Positions 58,398 to 64,000 of a stretch of DNA of 64,000 bases are shown piece after piece. The stretch spans positions 58,835-122,834 of the forward strand of contig JBAQUX010000025.1 in the NCBI GenBank assembly GCA_049297775.1, given 5' to 3'. Origin of the DNA: Minisyncoccia bacterium. GTDB taxonomy: Bacteria; Patescibacteriota; Minisyncoccia; Phycocordibacterales; UBA2100. The notes below the pieces were generated by a model. That model ran no database searches. It was not told the origin of the DNA and was given only the letters and a program-made list of their open reading frames with translations. The position numbers and the translations under genes are program-made. Positions within the stretch are counted from its first letter, which is position 1. Each line of letters begins with the position of its first letter.

Positions 58398-59285
58398 TTA
58401 GACGCGAAGTACCGCATCAGTGAGAGCTAGCGCGCGAACAATCGCCTTCACATCATGTACTCGGACTATGTCTGCGCCACGCTCAGCTGACAGAACCGCG
58501 GCAGCAATAGTTGCCTCGAGACGCTCTTCCTTGGGGAGATTGAGCTTATACCCCAGAAATGACTTACGTGAAGGACCGACCAATACCGGATACCCCATAT
58601 TAGTAATATGCTCGAGATATTTAATTAATTGTAAGTTTTGTTCTGTCGTTTTGCCGAAGCCAATACCTGGGTCGAGAATGATATGCTCATGTGGAATACC
58701 TACTGCCAGTCCAAGCTGTACTAACTCCATGAGGTAGGCGCCCACATCGGCAACGACGTCGGTGTATACAATACCTTCATACCGTCCTCCGAGTTGTGGA
58801 TCTATGTGGAGGTTTTTTTCATTACTCCTGTTGTGCGTGATGATGATGGGAACACCAAACTCGTGAGCAACCTGCAGTAACTGAGGTGTGACACGCACAT
58901 CTGCAACTGTATTAAGTAACGACGCTCCTGCCTGTAATGCCTGGCGCGCTACTTCTGGTTTTATCGTATCTACGGAGATAGGCACGGTGACACGCGTAGC
59001 GAGTGCACTAATGACGGGGAGCACGCGCGCGAGCTCTTCCTCAGTACTTACTGGTACGGAACCAGGACGAGTAGACTCTCCACCTACATCTAAGATATGG
59101 GCACCGTCACGTACAAATTGTTCTCCCTGTGCACACGACACTTCACACCAATCACCTTCTGTTACCAAAGTGCCGTCGCCCGAGAATGAATCCGTCGTCA
59201 CATTAATGATACCCATCACGTATGCCTGCGTGCCCCAGGTAAATGAGGTGTTACGAATAGTGAGATTACTTTTCTGTACTGTCAT
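58398..59285 (-). CDS. folP: Dihydropteroate synthase
   Basis: MGIINVTTDSFSGDG pterin-binding motif, TIM-barrel length. Confidence 0.85.
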   Translation of the reverse strand: MTVQKSNLTIRNTSFTWGTQAYVMGIINVTTDSFSGDGTLVTEGDWCEVSCAQGEQFVRDGAHILDVGGESTRPGSVPVSTEEELARVLPVISALATRVTVPISVDTIKPEVARQALQAGASLLNTVADVRVTPQLLQVAHEFGVPIIITHNRSNEKNLHIDPQLGGRYEGIVYTDVVADVGAYLMELVQLGLAVGIPHEHIILDPGIGFGKTTEQNLQLIKYLEHITNMGYPVLVGPSRKSFLGYKLNLPKEERLEATIAAAVLSAERGADIVRVHDVKAIVRALALTDAVLRV

Positions 59286-59760
59286 GTATCGCCACTATAG
59301 CATCGCGGTCATCTAATTTCTGCATCAGTGCATGCACCGTTACCCCGTAGCGAGGTAGGAGTAGTTCAGGCGCAATTTCTGAAAGTGGCACGAGTACAAA
59401 CGCGCGTTCATGCATACGTGCATGCGGAATGGTGAGTTCTGCTTTGCTAACTTCCCTGTCGTCATATGTCAGAATATCCATATCAATTACACGCGCACCA
59501 TTACGAACTGTGGGCGTGCGCCCCAGAGCACGCTCACTTTTTTTTAATCTCTGCAAAAGAACTTGTGGACTGAGTGTCGTTTCCAATGCACATACTGCAT
59601 TTAAAAAGTTTGCCTGATTCTCTATGTATTTTGGCTTGGTTTCATACAACGACGACTGTGCCGTAACTGTACCCAAAGTACTGAGTAGTCGCAGTGCCTC
59701 GTGGAGGTGAAAACTGGTATCGCCCACATTTGAACCAAGTGCAATATATGCAGTAGCCAT
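59266..59760 (-). CDS. folK: 6-hydroxymethyl-7,8-dihydropterin pyrophosphokinase
   Basis: AYIALGSNVGD...RVIDMDIL motifs. Confidence 0.85.
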   Translation of the reverse strand: MATAYIALGSNVGDTSFHLHEALRLLSTLGTVTAQSSLYETKPKYIENQANFLNAVCALETTLSPQVLLQRLKKSERALGRTPTVRNGARVIDMDILTYDDREVSKAELTIPHARMHERAFVLVPLSEIAPELLLPRYGVTVHALMQKLDDRDAIVAIHDSTEK

Positions 59761-59770
59761 AGTGAACGTC

Positions 59771-60880
59771 TTAGCGTTGCGAATCTATGTGCAACTTTTT
59801 AAGCACGAGATGCTCCGCGTATGTTTTGCTGTAGTAAGTCTTTCCGTATTTATCGGCAAGATAGAAAATATATGGATTTGGTGTTGGGTGCACCACTGCA
59901 TCAAGTGCATTCATGCCAGGATTGTTTATAGGACCCGGTGGGAGACCTCCATGTCGGTAGGTATTGTATGGAGATTCATTTTTTAAATCTTTGAGTGTGA
60001 GACCAAACGTTCCCTTACCAAGAATGTATAGAAATGTTGCGTCTACTTGGAGCGGCATATTTATCTTCAGACGATTGTCTATAACTGAGGCAATCATCTT
60101 TCTATCGGCTGTATCGTTTTCTTCTTTTTCCAAGATTGACGCAATGGTAACCACGTCGTGCAGAGAGTAGTTCGATTTTTTTATATCTGCCTGAAGTGGT
60201 TCAATCTTTTTATAGAATGCGTTTTGCATTATTTTTATCACGTCTGCCTCTTTTGAATTTGGGAGTACGTTGTACGTATCTGGAAACAAGTAGCCTTCGT
60301 ATTGCTCTGCCTGACGCACAAATTCTTCAGCCTTGAACGCAATGAGCTTCTTTTCAAAAATTTTCCCTATCTCCTTTACGGTACTGCCCTCAGGGATAAG
60401 CACGGTTACCGGCTCAAGCCCAAAAGCGTTTGGTGACGTGATGCGCTGAGCAACTTCAAGTAATGTTGCAGGCTTTTTGAATAGGTAGTCGCCGGCATAT
60501 ACCTTATCTTCTCGTCCTCGAATTTTTATAATCATCTTGAGCCAGAATGCAGAACGAACGACTGAGTCCTTTTCGAGTGCATCTACAACACCCTGGAGAC
60601 TGACACCTTTAGGCACTGCAACTAAGCGCTGGGTAACTTCAGCGTCGCCGGTTACTGGTGCACCCGTAGCATTAAAAAAGTTTTGCGGTGCTTTGTTTAT
60701 AAAAGCTTCTGCATAAAAAAATACTACCGCAAGTATTGCGACGAGAAAAATAGTTCGCAGGTTTGCATGATAGTTCCAGCGTCTGGTGACGTATGCTTCT
60801 GCATCATGTACTAATTGTTCACCAGGAAGTTGCTCCTGAAGTTCATCTTGTTTCTTCATGTATCTGTTAGTATAGCGCAC
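59771..60880 (-). CDS. mltG: Endolytic murein transglycosylase MltG (YceG family)
   Basis: N-terminal TM; the LPPGPINNPGMNAL motif typical of YceG/MltG. Confidence 0.8.
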   Translation of the reverse strand: MRYTNRYMKKQDELQEQLPGEQLVHDAEAYVTRRWNYHANLRTIFLVAILAVVFFYAEAFINKAPQNFFNATGAPVTGDAEVTQRLVAVPKGVSLQGVVDALEKDSVVRSAFWLKMIIKIRGREDKVYAGDYLFKKPATLLEVAQRITSPNAFGLEPVTVLIPEGSTVKEIGKIFEKKLIAFKAEEFVRQAEQYEGYLFPDTYNVLPNSKEADVIKIMQNAFYKKIEPLQADIKKSNYSLHDVVTIASILEKEENDTADRKMIASVIDNRLKINMPLQVDATFLYILGKGTFGLTLKDLKNESPYNTYRHGGLPPGPINNPGMNALDAVVHPTPNPYIFYLADKYGKTYYSKTYAEHLVLKKLHIDSQR

Positions 60881-60885
60881 GAGTG

Positions 60886-61917
60886 CTACTTTGTAGCAAA
60901 CTTTCCATCACCATTCTTAACAAATGTTTCTGTATCTTGGAGATTCACGAGAATAGTGCCGTCTTTTACATAGCGCTCACGTTTTACGCGGTCAATTATT
61001 TCTTTGCGAGACAACGGTCCTTCGCGGTGCAAAATATCTTTGATAACTTCTTTTACCACACCCTTTGAGTATCCCCATTCTGAGAGCGCATAGAGTCCAC
61101 GTCCCACGAGAATAAATCGTCCATCTTTTATGAGTTCATTGTGACACGTTGCTTCGTGTGCTTTTCGTCCAAAAAGTTCTGAGATAGAACGTGCGACTTC
61201 TGCAAAGTGCATTGGTGAGCCGTGACGCTTGAGCGAAAGATATGCCATGTCACGCATGTTTTTTACACGGACTCCTGGTGCATCAACGCGACCCCATTCG
61301 CCGAGTGGGTTTCTGCCGATTTTCTTTGAGAGTGAAAGCCAGCGCTTTGCGATTTCTTCTTCTTGGTATTTATCGTTTAAGTGTGTGAGATCTGCAAGAA
61401 AACGCTTCATAAGCTCTGCCTCAGCTACCAATTCTGTGTCATTGAGGTTGCGGTAGAGATTGCGAAGTGCTGTATGTACAGACTCTGCAACGCCATGGTC
61501 TGCATGCCAGCGGTGTACGAACTCTGGGTCCTCCTTCATGCGGTTGAATTCGTTTCCAACGACGAGCAAAAAGTGTATGTGGTTTTGGATACTTTCGTTC
61601 TTTGAAATAGCTTCGAGGAGCTCTTGTTCTGGCACAATACCGCCTAAATCAATGATTACACCTGATATTTCCTTAAAAACGGCCTGAGACTCCTTGTAGT
61701 CCGCAGACTCACGAATTGCCTCAATTGCTCGGTTTTCAATTTGTCGGACACGCTCACGAGTGATGGTGTACTTACTACCTATAGATTCGAGTGTCTCTCG
61801 CTTTACCGCTGTGCCCAAGCCATAGCGCCCTGAAAGAACGTCGCGCTCACGATTTGGAAGCACTCCGAGGAGCTTTTTGGTTACTTGTTTAGGTTTGAAG
61901 GTAATGACGAATGACAT
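60886..61917 (-). CDS. Atypical DNA-binding protein: N-terminal sigma-70 region-4-like HTH and a C-terminal HARE-HTH-like (RNA polymerase delta RpoE-like) domain. Not a canonical sigma factor, because regions 1-3 are absent.
   Basis: N-terminus LPNRERDVLSGRYGLGTAVKRETLESIGSKYTITRERVRQIENRAIEAI. C-terminus SPMHFAEVARSI...ATCHNELIKDGRFILVGRGLYALSEWG. Confidence 0.45.
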   Translation of the reverse strand: MSFVITFKPKQVTKKLLGVLPNRERDVLSGRYGLGTAVKRETLESIGSKYTITRERVRQIENRAIEAIRESADYKESQAVFKEISGVIIDLGGIVPEQELLEAISKNESIQNHIHFLLVVGNEFNRMKEDPEFVHRWHADHGVAESVHTALRNLYRNLNDTELVAEAELMKRFLADLTHLNDKYQEEEIAKRWLSLSKKIGRNPLGEWGRVDAPGVRVKNMRDMAYLSLKRHGSPMHFAEVARSISELFGRKAHEATCHNELIKDGRFILVGRGLYALSEWGYSKGVVKEVIKDILHREGPLSRKEIIDRVKRERYVKDGTILVNLQDTETFVKNGDGKFATK

Positions 61918-62058
61918 ATGTTTTCAGATTACGGGAGTAGTTCTAACATGGATTTATAAAAACGTCAAGTCGCACAGTACCACTCTATCCGGATTTGTCT
62001 ATCCCCTACGCAGAAGAGGCTGTTGATAACCACCTGAGCGTACGAGTTCTCTGCTTGG

Positions 62059-64000
62059 CTAAAGTGGAGCGACAACGATATTCACTAATCGCTGTGGGAC
62101 AATGATAATTTTTACGATGCGCTGGTCTGCAGTCCATTTTTCTACTGCGCGTTGTGCTAATTGCTCTATCACCTCCTTACTCTCAGCAATGGCACACGTA
62201 AACTGACCGCGCAATTTACCATTTACCTGTACTGCCATGATGACTGAACTTGCTATGAGCTTTTTTTCTTGCCACTTTGGCCACTTCTCAAGGTGTATGG
62301 ATTGTTTGTGTCCACGGATATGCCACAACTCCTCAGCGCAGTGCGGTGCAAGTGGTGCAAGAAGTTTTATAAGTGTGTCGTACTGTGCAGAAGTTATTCC
62401 CTGCTTTTCTGCATGATTGATGAAGGTCATGAGCGCTGCAATCGCAGTATTAAATTTCATCTCTTGCATGTCCTCACTACACTTCTTTATCATTTTGTGT
62501 AACTCACGCTCAGTATCTTCAGAAACTTTTGTAGAGAGAGAAAATTGCAATTTCCACACTCGCTCCAAAAAGCGACGGACACCGGCGATACTTTCCTGAC
62601 TCCAAGGGTAACTTCCCACTTCGTTGTACGGCCCAATAAAGGCAAGGTACATACGCACTGTGTCTGCACCGAGGCGCTTTACTACATCATCTGGGTCAAT
62701 AACATTCCCTTTTGACTTACTCATCTTCTGACCATCTGGACCCATAATGAGCCCGCGATTCATGCGTCGCACGTATGGTTCTGGATGAGAAACCATTTTC
62801 ATATCATAGAGTGCCTTGTGCCAAAAACGTGAGTACAGCACGTGCATCGTGGTGTGCTCTGCGCCTCCTGAATACACATCAACGGGGAGCCACTGTGCAA
62901 GAGCCTTTGCTGATGCAAATTGTTGCTTGTTTTTCGGATCAGCGTATCGGAGGTAATACCACGATGAATCCACAAAGGTATCGAGTGTGTCTGTCTCACG
63001 CTCTGCTTTACCTTTACACACAGGACACGTTGTTTTTACAAATCGCGCAGATTTTGCAAGCGGTGATTTACCATCACCATCTGGTAAGTAGTCGGTAATG
63101 CGTGGCAATTCTACAGGAAGTTGCTTTTCAGGTACTGGTTGTGGACCACATTTTGCACAGTGCACCATTGGTATTGGTACGCCCCAATAGCGCTGGCGAC
63201 TTACAATCCAATCACGAAGACGATATGTCTTTTTTACAACACCGTACAATTCGGTAAACAACTTTTTAGCTTCTTCTGTTGTTATGCCGTCATGTGCTCC
63301 TGAATTAACGAGTCGCCCTTCTCCGGTATATATTGTTGGACCTTTCTCAAAAGCTTTTTTCGTTGCATCCTTTTCCATGAGTGTAAGGAATGCGAACAAC
63401 TCGTCCCATGTCTTCCATGTATTTCTGTGCTGGCCTGATTCTTCATCTGCAACAGGTACCGACGCGCCGCTTTGGAGTTCAAAGTAAAGATTTTGAAAAC
63501 GGGCGCGAATATTTGTCTGCTTTCGCTGGTGATAGAACTCGATAAATGAGAAGCCTTTCACATCGCGGATGAATTTTGCATCAGTGTATCCAGCCTCTTC
63601 TTGTATCTCTCGCTTTCCAGCGGTAACGACATCTTCGCCAGGCTCAATGCCCCCAGAGACCATCGTACGCACGCCACTGTGGTCGGTCCATTCTTGTGCC
63701 AGATACTCGTCCTTTTCCCAGTGCTTCACAATACACATGACGGCATCTCGTTCCTTAAATGCACCATCCTCGCGTACTTTCTCATTGCCGGTACTTGCAG
63801 TAGATACTTTTGCTACCACTTGCGTTACTGGGATGCCAAACTTTTTGGCAAACTCATTATCGCGCTCATCGTGTGCTGGAACTGCCATAACTGCGCCCGT
63901 TCCGTATTGTGCTAACACATAATCTGCAATGTATACCGGAATGTTTTTTCCTGTTGCTGGATTCTGTGCTTGCACACCAAGAAGTGGAAGACCTGTCTTT
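62059..64000 (-). CDS. leuS: Leucyl-tRNA synthetase, partial (N-terminal part lies outside the window), carrying an in-frame Nudix-hydrolase domain insertion after the CP1 editing domain
   Basis: End of the editing domain: GTGAVMAVPAHDERDNEFA. Downstream LeuRS core: RLRDWIVSRQRYWGVPIPMV, KMSKSKGN. Between them ~165 aa with a canonical Nudix box GGIEPGEDVVTAGKREIQEEAGY (Gx5Ex7REUxEExGU). The track's start at 63975 is a GTG inside the gene; the frame stays open to the window edge. Confidence 0.85.
   Translation of the reverse strand, partial: KTGLPLLGVQAQNPATGKNIPVYIADYVLAQYGTGAVMAVPAHDERDNEFAKKFGIPVTQVVAKVSTASTGNEKVREDGAFKERDAVMCIVKHWEKDEYLAQEWTDHSGVRTMVSGGIEPGEDVVTAGKREIQEEAGYTDAKFIRDVKGFSFIEFYHQRKQTNIRARFQNLYFELQSGASVPVADEESGQHRNTWKTWDELFAFLTLMEKDATKKAFEKGPTIYTGEGRLVNSGAHDGITTEEAKKLFTELYGVVKKTYRLRDWIVSRQRYWGVPIPMVHCAKCGPQPVPEKQLPVELPRITDYLPDGDGKSPLAKSARFVKTTCPVCKGKAERETDTLDTFVDSSWYYLRYADPKNKQQFASAKALAQWLPVDVYSGGAEHTTMHVLYSRFWHKALYDMKMVSHPEPYVRRMNRGLIMGPDGQKMSKSKGNVIDPDDVVKRLGADTVRMYLAFIGPYNEVGSYPWSQESIAGVRRFLERVWKLQFSLSTKVSEDTERELHKMIKKCSEDMQEMKFNTAIAALMTFINHAEKQGITSAQYDTLIKLLAPLAPHCAEELWHIRGHKQSIHLEKWPKWQEKKLIASSVIMAVQVNGKLRGQFTCAIAESKEVIEQLAQRAVEKWTADQRIVKIIIVPQRLVNIVVAPL

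Overview
This is a gene-dense, mostly minus-strand bacterial window of about 43% GC with a streamlined, CPR-like gene complement. Evidence: bacterial ribosomal proteins, rpoA, infA, murG/mraY/ftsW, dnaK/dnaJ/grpE, and the aminoacyl-tRNA synthetases GltX, AspRS, TrpRS, TyrRS and LeuRS. Housekeeping blocks: a cell-envelope cluster (mraY-ftsW-murG, D-Ala-D-Ala carboxypeptidase, scpAB, pepA), tRNA-modification genes (tgt, queA), chaperones, lipid acyltransferases, the folate genes folP/folK, mltG, and a ribosomal/rpoA cluster (infA-rpmJ-rpsM-rpsK-rpsD-rpoA-rplQ, then rplM-rpsI). An accessory region of about 20 kb (roughly 13.9-34.3 kb) sits between queA and a sensor histidine kinase. It contains a GC-rich insert carrying an HTH-protein gene with its own strong promoter and Shine-Dalgarno site, a Fic-domain protein, and two large secreted surface proteins. 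Its centrepiece is a 3107-aa TcB/SpvB-like RHS (YD-repeat) polymorphic toxin. That toxin is followed by its small membrane immunity gene and three silent 'orphan' RHS C-terminal toxin cassettes, each with its own putative immunity gene, plus a decayed immunity-gene remnant. Other notable items: a LeuRS carrying an in-frame Nudix-hydrolase insertion; a GH3 (NagZ-like) + L,D-transpeptidase fusion; a protein with a sigma-70 region-4-like HTH at its N-terminus and a HARE-HTH-like C-terminus; an atypical tRNA-like gene next to an AT-rich orphan gene; an NYN-nuclease gene beside a winged-helix/Cas2-like protein gene; and a near-identical ~43-bp element upstream of both the RHS gene and a surface-protein gene. 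No rRNA genes or CRISPR arrays were seen. Coordinates of small elements read by eye may be off by 1-2 nt.
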